A stretch of 18,377 nucleotides of DNA from Promethearchaeota archaeon (GTDB taxonomy: Archaea > Asgardarchaeota > Lokiarchaeia > Sigyniarchaeales > SOKP01), in contig JBHLNS010000057.1 in NCBI GenBank assembly GCA_048941285.1, positions 1 through 18,377 on the forward strand, written 5' to 3'. The position numbers were made by a program, and so were the translations under genes. Within the stretch, counting starts at the first letter, position 1. The number at the start of each line of letters is the position of its first letter. This document shows, piece by piece, positions 8,472-16,794 of the stretch. Below the pieces are notes generated by a model. That model was not told the DNA's origin. It did not search any database and worked only from the letters and a program-made list of their open reading frames with translations.

Positions 8472-9614
8472 ATGTCTCTTGTATTTTTGGTAATAATAAT
8501 AATTGCTTTTGCCATAACTTTATGTGTGAGTATTTACACTATGATATTCATTTTTAGACATCGTGATAAATATGGCATAATGTTTTCAGCAATCTTAAAT
8601 GTCTTAGCAATTTTCAATATGGTTACTATCTATTCTTCTTTATATATTTTTTCTGTATTCATTTTATTTTCTGAAAGTATCAATATCTTACTATGGAAAC
8701 TTTGCTTAATATTTGGTTTTATTTCATTATTTATTACTGCATTAATCTATACTTTTTTAAAGGAATTTAAGAGGATTCCATATTTTCCATTCTTATTATT
8801 TACTACTCTAAGTGGTTTATTAATAGGATCGTTCTTTTCACCAAATTCGATTCAAATTTCAATTAATTCTCTCAATTCTCCACCGTTTTTGGTTAATGAT
8901 ATCTCAACAATAAATTACACCTTTAATATCGTAACTGGATTAATTATAGTGATATTTCAATCATGCTCTGTGCTATATTATTTCATTCTTTCTTATTTAA
9001 TATATAATAAAGCAAGAAATAAAGAACCAGTTAAGGGTCTAATTGTTAATACTTTTATCTTTTTTCTTCCCCTCTTAATGTACATATTATATATTTTTAT
9101 TCAAACCTCAATTTTTAGAGAATTACATATTCTTTTATTGTGGATTGCTATTTTATCGATCTGTTATACACTAGTGAAAAAACCTGAAATGTTTTCAGAA
9201 TTAACAAACAAGATTTATTATATTAATATTTACCATAAATCTGGTATTTTATTATATTCCTATCAATTTGGTACTGAAAATAATCAAGTTGATTCAACTA
9301 TATGGGGAAATATTCTTATTGGTATAAACCATATACTCTCTGAATTTGTTGATCCAAGAGATCAAATAGATGTACTCCAAACTAACAACTCAGATATTAT
9401 CGTAAATTACGATAATCTTGGATTTGCTGTAGTGCTTATAACAAATCATAAAAATGATATTTTAAAAAAATTAATGGATAAATTTGCAAAAGAATTTAGA
9501 GAAAAATATAAGAATGAGTTAACTGAAATCCAAGATCTCAATAAATTAATCAATGTTTCGGAATTTAATGAGACAAAAGCTATTATCGAAAATAATTTTC
9601 AGGTGTATTTATAA
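8472..9614 (+). CDS. Seven-TM membrane protein with C-terminal longin-like domain (tandem paralog)
   Basis: Same architecture. Shares ELTNKIY..I.H.SGILLYSY.F, G.ILIGINHILS.F, NHKN and LI..SEF...K.II with 7192..8292. Confidence 0.72.
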   Translation: MSLVFLVIIIIAFAITLCVSIYTMIFIFRHRDKYGIMFSAILNVLAIFNMVTIYSSLYIFSVFILFSESINILLWKLCLIFGFISLFITALIYTFLKEFKRIPYFPFLLFTTLSGLLIGSFFSPNSIQISINSLNSPPFLVNDISTINYTFNIVTGLIIVIFQSCSVLYYFILSYLIYNKARNKEPVKGLIVNTFIFFLPLLMYILYIFIQTSIFRELHILLLWIAILSICYTLVKKPEMFSELTNKIYYINIYHKSGILLYSYQFGTENNQVDSTIWGNILIGINHILSEFVDPRDQIDVLQTNNSDIIVNYDNLGFAVVLITNHKNDILKKLMDKFAKEFREKYKNELTEIQDLNKLINVSEFNETKAIIENNFQVYL

Positions 9615-9721
9615 ACTTTTCTCCTATTAAAACTGGTCTCCAGAAACTATTAATTAATTATCATTATAAACTAATTAATAACAAATACTAAAAATTTACA
9701 AATATAAGGTGTAAAAACAGG

Positions 9722-10282
9722 TTGTCTTCAAAATTCTGTCCAAAATGTGGAAATGAATTAGAACCAAGTGCAACTTTTTGTCCGTCTTGTGGTACAAATT
9801 TAAAGGATTCTAGCACAAAACTAAAAATCAATCAAGAAAACATAGAGTTTGCTGGTTTTGGAACTAGATTAGTGGCACTCATTATTGATAGCATCATTAT
9901 TGGTTTAATTGGTTCCTCTCTTTCATTTATAGTCTTTATCTCATGGATACCGTTTAATATTTTCGATCCTCTAGGTGGATGGTGGTATGTCTCATTTCCA
10001 TTTGATTGGATGCTTGGATTTCTATATCACTGGGGCATGGAAACTTATAATAAAGGTCAGACTGTAGGGAAAATTGCCATGAAAATTAGGACCGTAGAGG
10101 AGAAGACTTTAAATTTGGCAACAGCAAAAAATTATGCTATTAATAACATTTTTAAGAGTTCTCCTTTTCTACTTTTAGATTTTCTTATTGGAATCATCAA
10201 AAATTCTGGAGATCCTAAACGAAGAATAAGAATTATGCAAAATGCCTCTGAAACAGTTGTGATTACTGTACAGGAAAAATAA
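9722..10282 (+). CDS. RDD family membrane protein with N-terminal zinc ribbon
   Basis: KFCPKCG...FCPSCGT zinc ribbon. RDD motifs FAGFGTRLVALIID and GQTVGKIAMKIRTV. TTG start. Confidence 0.88.
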   Translation: MSSKFCPKCGNELEPSATFCPSCGTNLKDSSTKLKINQENIEFAGFGTRLVALIIDSIIIGLIGSSLSFIVFISWIPFNIFDPLGGWWYVSFPFDWMLGFLYHWGMETYNKGQTVGKIAMKIRTVEEKTLNLATAKNYAINNIFKSSPFLLLDFLIGIIKNSGDPKRRIRIMQNASETVVITVQEK

Positions 10283-10409
10283 CAATTAATTTTTAAAATT
10301 CCTTTTTTATTTTATAGAAATTCTTTATTATCTAAAGATTTATAAAGCTATATTGGTATGAATATCCTCAGAGAATACTTTTTTCCCCGAAAATGAGATG
10401 ATTTCTTAA

Positions 10410-10616
10410 ATGGAACAATTAGAATATCAAGATTATGAATGGGCTCATGATTGGAAAGTAATTGTAGAAATTTTTGACACTATTGATAAATTAAAATCTA
10501 TGTTTAAGAAGTTAGATGTCCCATATTTGAGAGAAATTCAACAAAAATTGCTGGTACTTAATCTTGAAAAGTATGCTTGGTCCTTACAAAATTACATTAT
10601 TGAAAAATATTCTTAA
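10410..10616 (+). CDS. Small hypothetical helical protein (68 aa)
   Basis: ATG-started ORF with typical coding composition; no recognisable motif. Confidence 0.75.
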   Translation: MEQLEYQDYEWAHDWKVIVEIFDTIDKLKSMFKKLDVPYLREIQQKLLVLNLEKYAWSLQNYIIEKYS

Positions 10617-10823
10617 TCTGTGATATAAGTTTTAAGTCTAATCTATAGAGGTTATATTGGAATTTTCCATCTCAATATTGAATCTGAGCTTTAAAACTAC
10701 ATTAAGAAAGTAGAAGAACAATCTCCTGATTATTATATGAAAGCAGAGGGATTGAGGGCTGGCACAATATCTTTACCCAGTACAGATGTTAAGATAAATT
10801 AGAATATATTTTTCTCTTTTTTC

Positions 10824-11537
10824 TTAATTAGACATTTTCTTTTTCCTTATTTTATTGAGTAAATCCACTATGTTTAGTTTTAACATTATATAAACAGTTA
10901 TAACTGTGAAATACAAAGTGACCAAACTGAATATCCAATTTTCTGCTCCTAAGAAAATACAAATGTTAAGAAAATTATATGCAAAAATAAGCATTAATCC
11001 TAGTTTTCCAAGCCACACCCAAAAAATAGTCTTTTTCACATCATATTTTATTAAGCCTAATGGAACTGTTATCATATCATCATTCAATGGTGTAAACCCA
11101 AAAAGAAAAATAAGAAAGGGGGCTATTTTCGGGTGTTCCACTAAATATCGCTGATATTTTTTCAGATTTGTTTTGCGCTCTTCTGAAATCACTTCAGAAG
11201 CCCCTCTACCAACAAAATATCCTCCCATCTCTCCTACTAAGCATCCTAATGAAGCAATAAATCCTACCAAAAAGGGAATAAAATAATTTATTTGTCGAAA
11301 TGGCTCAGAACTAAAACACACTACAAAAATATAAGGAGTAGGGACAGGGAGTAAATTTCCAATCATACATACCCAAAAAGTAATTAGGAGACCAGAACCT
11401 AAATCCTGAAATGGAGGATATAATGAGATATTTTCTATTAGTTCTCGATGAGATTCATTTAATAAAAGATCTATAGCAATTATAGTTATTGCTATAAGTA
11501 AAATTATGAAAACAATATCTATCTTTTTAAGTTTCAA
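10824..11537 (-). CDS. DedA/VTT (SNARE-associated) family membrane protein
   Basis: GNLLPVP, ASLGCLVGEMGGYFVGRG, IFLFGFTPLNDDMITVPLGLIKY and WLGKLG are characteristic of DedA/YqaA-like proteins. Confidence 0.87.
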   Translation of the reverse strand: MKLKKIDIVFIILLIAITIIAIDLLLNESHRELIENISLYPPFQDLGSGLLITFWVCMIGNLLPVPTPYIFVVCFSSEPFRQINYFIPFLVGFIASLGCLVGEMGGYFVGRGASEVISEERKTNLKKYQRYLVEHPKIAPFLIFLFGFTPLNDDMITVPLGLIKYDVKKTIFWVWLGKLGLMLIFAYNFLNICIFLGAENWIFSLVTLYFTVITVYIMLKLNIVDLLNKIRKKKMSN

Positions 11538-11610
11538 TTTTAATTTCTAATTCCTTATAATAAATAAGGTAAAGTCATTAGAATTTTAAAACTATTGGAT
11601 TAAGAGCATT

Positions 11611-11763
11611 TTAAGGCATAGATAGACTAACAAAAATAATGCCTAAAATTATGCTAGCAAAAAGAACCGATATGATTACTAACCCAATCATTTTTCTTTT
11701 CTTATATCTTTTTTTTAATGATACCCTGTGATTTCGAGAAGGGCTACGTCGAGTGTGAGACAT
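11611..11763 (-). CDS. Small single-pass membrane protein (50 aa) with a highly basic N-terminus
   Basis: ATG 11763 to TAA 11611: MSHTRRSPSRNHRVSLKKRYKKRKMIGLVIISVLFASIILGIIFVSLSMP. Starts 32 nt after the gelsolin gene on the same strand. Not in the ORF track. Confidence 0.68.
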   Translation of the reverse strand: MSHTRRSPSRNHRVSLKKRYKKRKMIGLVIISVLFASIILGIIFVSLSMP

Positions 11764-11795
11764 GATCAACTTTTTTAAGGAATTTGGATTAGAAA

Positions 11796-12500
11796 TTAAT
11801 CTTTATCGCTAATTTCTTTCATATTTTTTTTATTTGTTTTTTGCAAAAGTTCAATCAATACTACATTATTAAATGAAAAAAGCATTCTAGGAATATAGTT
11901 TTCTGCCAGATAGGGACCATCTTCAATCTCCTCTTTTAAGGGAAAAAGTCTTTTCTCTTTTATAACTGAATTCAAATAATTCCTATCATATTCTTTATAT
12001 CCATATACTTTATTATTTACTATAACAATTTTTCTTTCATAACCTTCTGGTATGCCAACTTTTTCAAGAAGTAACAAAATTTTTTCTTTTGATAGAGTTT
12101 CAAGTAATTCCAAATCTTGCTCAGTTCCTTCATAAGCAGGTCCAGTTTGTACTTCTATATATTCAGGTTCTTTTTCTATACCTGCAGCTACTTTAAAACC
12201 TACAGTTTCATTACCTTCATCAACCGCACTTATTTTAAAACCAATCCCATACCTATCCCTAATACTGGGTGCTAATTTAGCAGCAATAAATTTCATCCTT
12301 GTTGTGGTATTACTCCCATGCCAAATCCATACTCTATAGCGAGTAGGATCAACAAAAAGTAGAACAAAATCTGGATCCAAGAGTTCAGGTATATCAATAT
12401 CATCTGTTAATTCTAATTCTTGAAATTCATTCAGTTGATCATTATATTGAAAAACAGTGATTTTCTCTTTCTTCAATTCTGGTAATTCATCGTCTGACAT
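11796..12500 (-). CDS. Gelsolin-domain protein (one gelsolin domain plus C-terminal domain; Asgard 1DGelX-like architecture)
   Basis: LLDPDFVLLFVD...VWIWHGSNTTTRMKFIAAKLA...ISAVDEGNETVGF matches the gelsolin repeat consensus (L...D...W.W.G...A...V.EG.E...F). About 120 additional C-terminal residues follow. Confidence 0.8.
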   Translation of the reverse strand: MSDDELPELKKEKITVFQYNDQLNEFQELELTDDIDIPELLDPDFVLLFVDPTRYRVWIWHGSNTTTRMKFIAAKLAPSIRDRYGIGFKISAVDEGNETVGFKVAAGIEKEPEYIEVQTGPAYEGTEQDLELLETLSKEKILLLLEKVGIPEGYERKIVIVNNKVYGYKEYDRNYLNSVIKEKRLFPLKEEIEDGPYLAENYIPRMLFSFNNVVLIELLQKTNKKNMKEISDKD

Positions 12501-12581
12501 AATCTTGAATAAACAGTTTTCAATTTATAATACTATATAATTTTCCTACTTTATTACTATTTTGGCTTGAAAACGATCAAA

Positions 12582-12740
12582 TGCGGGAAGGGAGATTTGA
12601 ACTCCCGAACTCCTACGAGAATGGGTGTCTCTAGTTAAAAGCTCTATGCGATTATAAACTTTTAGCTGTCTGAGCCCATCGCCTTTAGTCGACTGTTTTT
12701 ATACTCATGTTAACCATTGACCAAACTTGGCAATTCCCGC
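12582..12740 (-). tRNA. tRNA-Leu(CAG) with two introns: 12685..12716 (32 nt, position 21/22) and 12627..12668 (42 nt, position 37/38)
   Basis: The spliced 85-nt product has acceptor GCGGGAA/TTCCCGC and D-arm GCCAAGTTTGGTCAA|AGGC. The anticodon arm is ATGGG-CTCAGA|A-CCCAT, the long variable arm contains CTC-GTAG-GAG, and the T-arm is GGGAG-TTCAAAT-CTCCC. Discriminator A, no encoded CCA. Relaxed bulge-helix-bulge motifs occur at both introns. Confidence 0.9.
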
Positions 12741-12824
12741 AAATTTTGTAAATTGTCTAAATGACTTATTTTTATAAATAATAATTATTTAAAATTCCTA
12801 AAAATTTTAATCATTACTTTACAA

Positions 12825-13472
12825 TTGGATAAGTTTGTTTACAAAATGCAAGAGCTCCTAAATAAAATACAACAACTTAAAGACAGCGAAATTAAAGGCC
12901 GTATTGACACTCGTTTAGCTGAATTCAGTATTATTAAAGATCAAAAAAAAGAGACAATTTTTAAAGAACTCTGTTTTTGCATCATGACGGCTAACTGTTC
13001 CGCTGGAAAATGTATTGAAGTGCATGAGCATATTGGAGACCATTTTCTCACATTTTCTGAATTCGAGTTAGCGAATAAATTGAAAGAACTCGGATATCGC
13101 TTTCCAAATATCAGATCCAATTTTATAATTGGAGCAAGAAATAGTATTTCTGAGTTAGAAAATATCATCAAATCAGGAAATGATAGAAATAATCTACGAG
13201 AATGGCTCGTAAGGAATATCAAGGGGATTGGATATAAAGAAGCGAGTCATTTCTTAAGAAATATAGGATATACTAATTATGGAATTATAGATTTTCATAT
13301 CGTAGATTTATTAGTTAAATATAAAATAGTCGAAAAACCTAAAACATTGACAAAAACTAAATATTTAGAAATCGAAACAGTTCTGAAAAGTATCGGAAAT
13401 AAATTAAATTTGAATATGGCAGAATTAGATCTTTATTTATGGTTTTTGGAAACAGGAAAGATTCTTAAATAA
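12825..13472 (+). CDS. ogg: 8-oxoguanine DNA N-glycosylase/AP lyase (Ogg2 family, HhH-GPD); true start may be ATG 12846
   Basis: ELCFCIMTAN, GYRFPNIRS, REWLVRNIKGIGYKEASHFLRNIGY, IIDFHI, ELDLYLW and the C-terminal TGKILK with the conserved terminal Lys. Confidence 0.95.
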   Translation: MDKFVYKMQELLNKIQQLKDSEIKGRIDTRLAEFSIIKDQKKETIFKELCFCIMTANCSAGKCIEVHEHIGDHFLTFSEFELANKLKELGYRFPNIRSNFIIGARNSISELENIIKSGNDRNNLREWLVRNIKGIGYKEASHFLRNIGYTNYGIIDFHIVDLLVKYKIVEKPKTLTKTKYLEIETVLKSIGNKLNLNMAELDLYLWFLETGKILK

Positions 13473-13540
13473 AAATTTTATCTTATTTCTCTCAGACTTA
13501 GATAAATAAGTAATAAATATAAAAAACAAAAAAAAAGTTA

Positions 13541-14239
13541 TTATTCTGATTTTAAATTATATCCACAGCCAGGACAAAATTTAGCTTCAGCTTCAGGTAT
13601 TTTTTCACCGCATACTGGACAAAAATTAATTCCATGAGGTTCTTCAATTGGCTGAGAAACTGGTGGAGCTATTTCTTCACTTACTTTAGATTGGTCGGGC
13701 ACTACTGGAGTTGATTCTTTACTTATTGGCTTTATTTCAACTTCTTCTTCACCCGCAATTCTTCCAATTATAAATCCTAAGATTGACAAACCTCCTCCGA
13801 TAAATGGACCGATAGTCGCGAAACTAGGAATAGCTCCTTCCCAAAAACTAATGGGCATCATAAGATTTATTATGCTGTATATAAAATATCCAAGTTCTGT
13901 TCCTGCAATATAAAAGATCGCTCCTCCGATAAGCAAAATACCAAGAGCTATCCATGAACCTGGAGATTTTTTTCCTCTATGAGTAAGAGGTGATATAAAC
14001 AATATAATTGTACATACTACTATTAGAATAGTACAAATTATCCCAACAATCATTAAACTTGGAATACCAAGAAATCCAGGTACGGGAAAACCTCCACCAA
14101 CACGTAGGTAAAAAGTATTCATATATATAAGATCATGTGGAGGACCGGGGAAAATTACTGCCGGTGTAAAAATACTAATTACTGTAAGGATACTTCCAAT
14201 AAAAGGTAATATCCAAATATATTTTCTTACTTCAGACAT
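13541..14239 (-). CDS. Four-TM membrane protein with Pro/Glu linker and C-terminal zinc ribbon
   Basis: Four hydrophobic segments, a low-complexity linker, and NFCPVCGEKI...KFCPGCG. GAGGT lies upstream of the ATG. Confidence 0.82.
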   Translation of the reverse strand: MSEVRKYIWILPFIGSILTVISIFTPAVIFPGPPHDLIYMNTFYLRVGGGFPVPGFLGIPSLMIVGIICTILIVVCTIILFISPLTHRGKKSPGSWIALGILLIGGAIFYIAGTELGYFIYSIINLMMPISFWEGAIPSFATIGPFIGGGLSILGFIIGRIAGEEEVEIKPISKESTPVVPDQSKVSEEIAPPVSQPIEEPHGINFCPVCGEKIPEAEAKFCPGCGYNLKSE

Positions 14240-14501
14240 AGATTCTACCTCTTTTTTAAAATTTTCAAATATGCATTTTACATAAATTAATTAAGGTATT
14301 TGCTGATTTATGATTATTTTGTTTTTTATTTAATACTTTACCTCAAAATGAAAGCTTTGAGAATTATCAAAAAATACAGTATTATAAATTTACGTATCGA
14401 AAAAATTAGCATTAAGTAAATTTAAATATTAATGTATGAAATTCAACATAATTATATAGAAGATTAAGATGTGATTCAAGGTTAGATACCCAAATAAATT
14501 A

Positions 14502-16337
14502 TTGAATTTCATTAAACAGCTTCCTGAAGGGCATCCTGGTTTAGAAAAATTAATTAAAAAGAATTATAAGAAGATCAATTTCGAAAAATTAAAATTTGTA
14601 AACCCAAACATTAGTGAAGAGAAAATTGAGCAGCTTTATAAGCTAATAATAGAAGATATTTTCGTTTTAAATCCAAATGCTTTAGAATTGCTTAAAACTT
14701 TATCTTTAATTAGTATGGAAATAGATACTAATATTGATGGTGGATCTATTAAAACTTGTTGTAAAATACCTCATATAGATCAATCTCTCAATTTTTTACT
14801 GGATTCTGGAATAATAAAGAAAAAGAAAAGCAAAGTAGAAAGATATGAACTTTCTTTTCTGGAAATTCGATATGTTATAGAACCTCTTATAAATAAAAGA
14901 AATCATGAAAAAGTAATAAAATACTATGAAAAAAAGTTAAGGAGACTCAAGGATAATGTTCAGGATGAGATTGAGATTTTGTTTCATAAAGCAAAAGTAA
15001 ATCCGTCTGAGGATTTAGTAAACCAATTTTTATTAATTGCTAATAGCATAGAAGAATTTGAATATACCCATAAAAGATTAATTGATATTGCAGAAGAATT
15101 ATTTCAGCTTGAAAATAAATATAAAGCACCAATTTTAATAGTACTTGGTAAGTTATTTTCTGACTTAGGAAATTCAGAGGGTGCAGAGGGTATTTATCTC
15201 AAAGCTTTAGAAATTTACAAAAATTTGGCAGAAAAGTATTACAAAATATATTTACCTTATGTCGCGGCAACTCAAAAAAACCTTGGAACCTTATATCTTG
15301 ACTTAAAGCGATTTGAAGAGGCTGAAAAGATATACAATGATGCTTTGAGTTCTTATAAAGAATTAGAAAGACAATATTATGACGTACATTCGCCTGATTT
15401 TCATTCAAAAGAGTATAAGAGTATAGAAAAATCATTCATCGATGATTTAAAGGCATATAATGATTTATTAAAAAGATATTATGATATTTATCTACCAGAG
15501 GAGCCCCCACTTGTAAGTGATTATGGAAATATCGGAATTGATTTAGATTTATTAGAGGATATTAAAGATGGATCCATTGACTCTATAGATAGTTACAAAA
15601 AATTGGCGAAAATTTATTACGATATGTATTTATTCGATATTGCTAAAACGCAGAGTAGTCTAGGACTCATCTATAGTGAATTAAATAAATTTGATGATGC
15701 TGAAAAGATGCATCTTGAAGCTTTGAAAATTAAAAAGAAAATAGCAGAACACTTTCCTGACCAAGTCTTACCTGAATTAGTACTTACGCTATTAGATCTC
15801 GGAGATTTATATGCTAGTTTAAAAAAATTTAAGGAGGCAGAACCTATGTTCATTGAAGCATTAAATATTTCTCAACAATTAGCAGAACAAAATCCAGAAG
15901 TATATATGTTCAACATTGCTCTCATTCAAAACTCCTTAGGTACTATATATTCTAAATTGCAGAAATATGAGGACTCAGAAAAATATTACCTTGAAGCATT
16001 AAAAATTTTTGAAGTATTTGCTAATAAAGATCCTAAAAACTATTCTTACAACGTTGCTGACGTTCAGAATAATCTTGGAAATTTATTTATGATCTTAAGA
16101 GATTTTGATAAAGTTGAATTATATCTTAATAAAGCAATTAAGAACGATCCCGGAAATATAGATGTAATATATAGTCTCGCTTGTCTTGAATCACTTAGAA
16201 ATGACCAAGTAAAAGCCTTAGAATTATTAACTAGTGTAATTAAGTTTGATGAAAGTTATATCGAGAAAGCAATTGAGGATAAACGACTTGAGAATCTCAG
16301 AGATTTAAAAGAATTTAAAGAATTAACAGCTGGTTAA
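14502..16337 (+). CDS. Tetratricopeptide repeat protein
   Basis: Repeated units such as VAATQKNLGTLYLDLKRFEEAEKIYNDAL, IAKTQSSLGLIYSELNKFDDAEKMHLEAL and VADVQNNLGNLF. C-terminal YSLACLESL...EDKRLENLR capping domain. Confidence 0.92.
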   Translation: MNFIKQLPEGHPGLEKLIKKNYKKINFEKLKFVNPNISEEKIEQLYKLIIEDIFVLNPNALELLKTLSLISMEIDTNIDGGSIKTCCKIPHIDQSLNFLLDSGIIKKKKSKVERYELSFLEIRYVIEPLINKRNHEKVIKYYEKKLRRLKDNVQDEIEILFHKAKVNPSEDLVNQFLLIANSIEEFEYTHKRLIDIAEELFQLENKYKAPILIVLGKLFSDLGNSEGAEGIYLKALEIYKNLAEKYYKIYLPYVAATQKNLGTLYLDLKRFEEAEKIYNDALSSYKELERQYYDVHSPDFHSKEYKSIEKSFIDDLKAYNDLLKRYYDIYLPEEPPLVSDYGNIGIDLDLLEDIKDGSIDSIDSYKKLAKIYYDMYLFDIAKTQSSLGLIYSELNKFDDAEKMHLEALKIKKKIAEHFPDQVLPELVLTLLDLGDLYASLKKFKEAEPMFIEALNISQQLAEQNPEVYMFNIALIQNSLGTIYSKLQKYEDSEKYYLEALKIFEVFANKDPKNYSYNVADVQNNLGNLFMILRDFDKVELYLNKAIKNDPGNIDVIYSLACLESLRNDQVKALELLTSVIKFDESYIEKAIEDKRLENLRDLKEFKELTAG

Positions 16338-16482
16338 ATTACCTAAAATTTTTCTAATTTATTAGATAATATCTAGGTTCTCTTGTCTTCAGTTATATTT
16401 AATTTCGATTAAATATTAACTTGAAATTCCTTAAAAACTTAAGGGTTTATCAAATTTAGAAGGATCGGAAACTTTAAGATAT

Positions 16483-16701
16483 TCAAAAAATCCCTCTTTT
16501 TTTATAATAGTCAATTAATTTTTTTCTAACTATTAAGAGCACTATTCCAGCAATCACAAAAACAATTCCGCTTTGTAAAGCAGTTACGGGGTCTAAAGAA
16601 CCTTTATCGTGAAAAATAATGAGTATTATCCCCACAAATATGCTTACAATACCAACTATTGCTAATAATATTCCGTGATAATAGAATTCATGAGATTTTA
16701 T
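16483..16701 (-). CDS. Small two-TM membrane protein (about 72 aa) without a canonical start codon
   Basis: The open frame gives (I)KSHEFYYHGILLAIVGIVSIFVGIILIIFHDKGSLDPVTALQSGIVFVIAGIVLLIVRKKLIDYYKKRGIF-TGA: two TM helices and a basic tail. No ATG/GTG/TTG occurs between the upstream TAA (16732..16734) and TM1. Confidence 0.55.
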   Translation of the reverse strand: MKSHEFYYHGILLAIVGIVSIFVGIILIIFHDKGSLDPVTALQSGIVFVIAGIVLLIVRKKLIDYYKKRGIF

Positions 16702-16794
16702 AAGATAAAAAATAATTATTGAGATATAAAAATTAATTTTTCTTTTATAAGTAAAAGGTAGATCCTAGACTTAAACCTAATCACCTTATAGTTA

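Noticed and set aside
10629-10802. Coding-looking stretch (…GYIGIFHLNIESEL*NYIKKVEEQSPDYYMKAEGLRAGTISLP…) in a relatively GC-richer intergenic patch
   Set aside because: Interrupted by TAA at 10692, with only a 21-codon ATG ORF and no recognisable family. It may be a remnant but cannot be supported.
11670-11770. Apparent hairpins and box C/D-like words suggesting an ncRNA
   Set aside because: No proper RUGAUGA/CUGA pair; better explained by the 50-aa ORF on the minus strand.
12540-12600. tRNA 3' end as an integration site for a mobile element
   Set aside because: No duplicated tRNA 3' end, integrase or transposase seen in the window.
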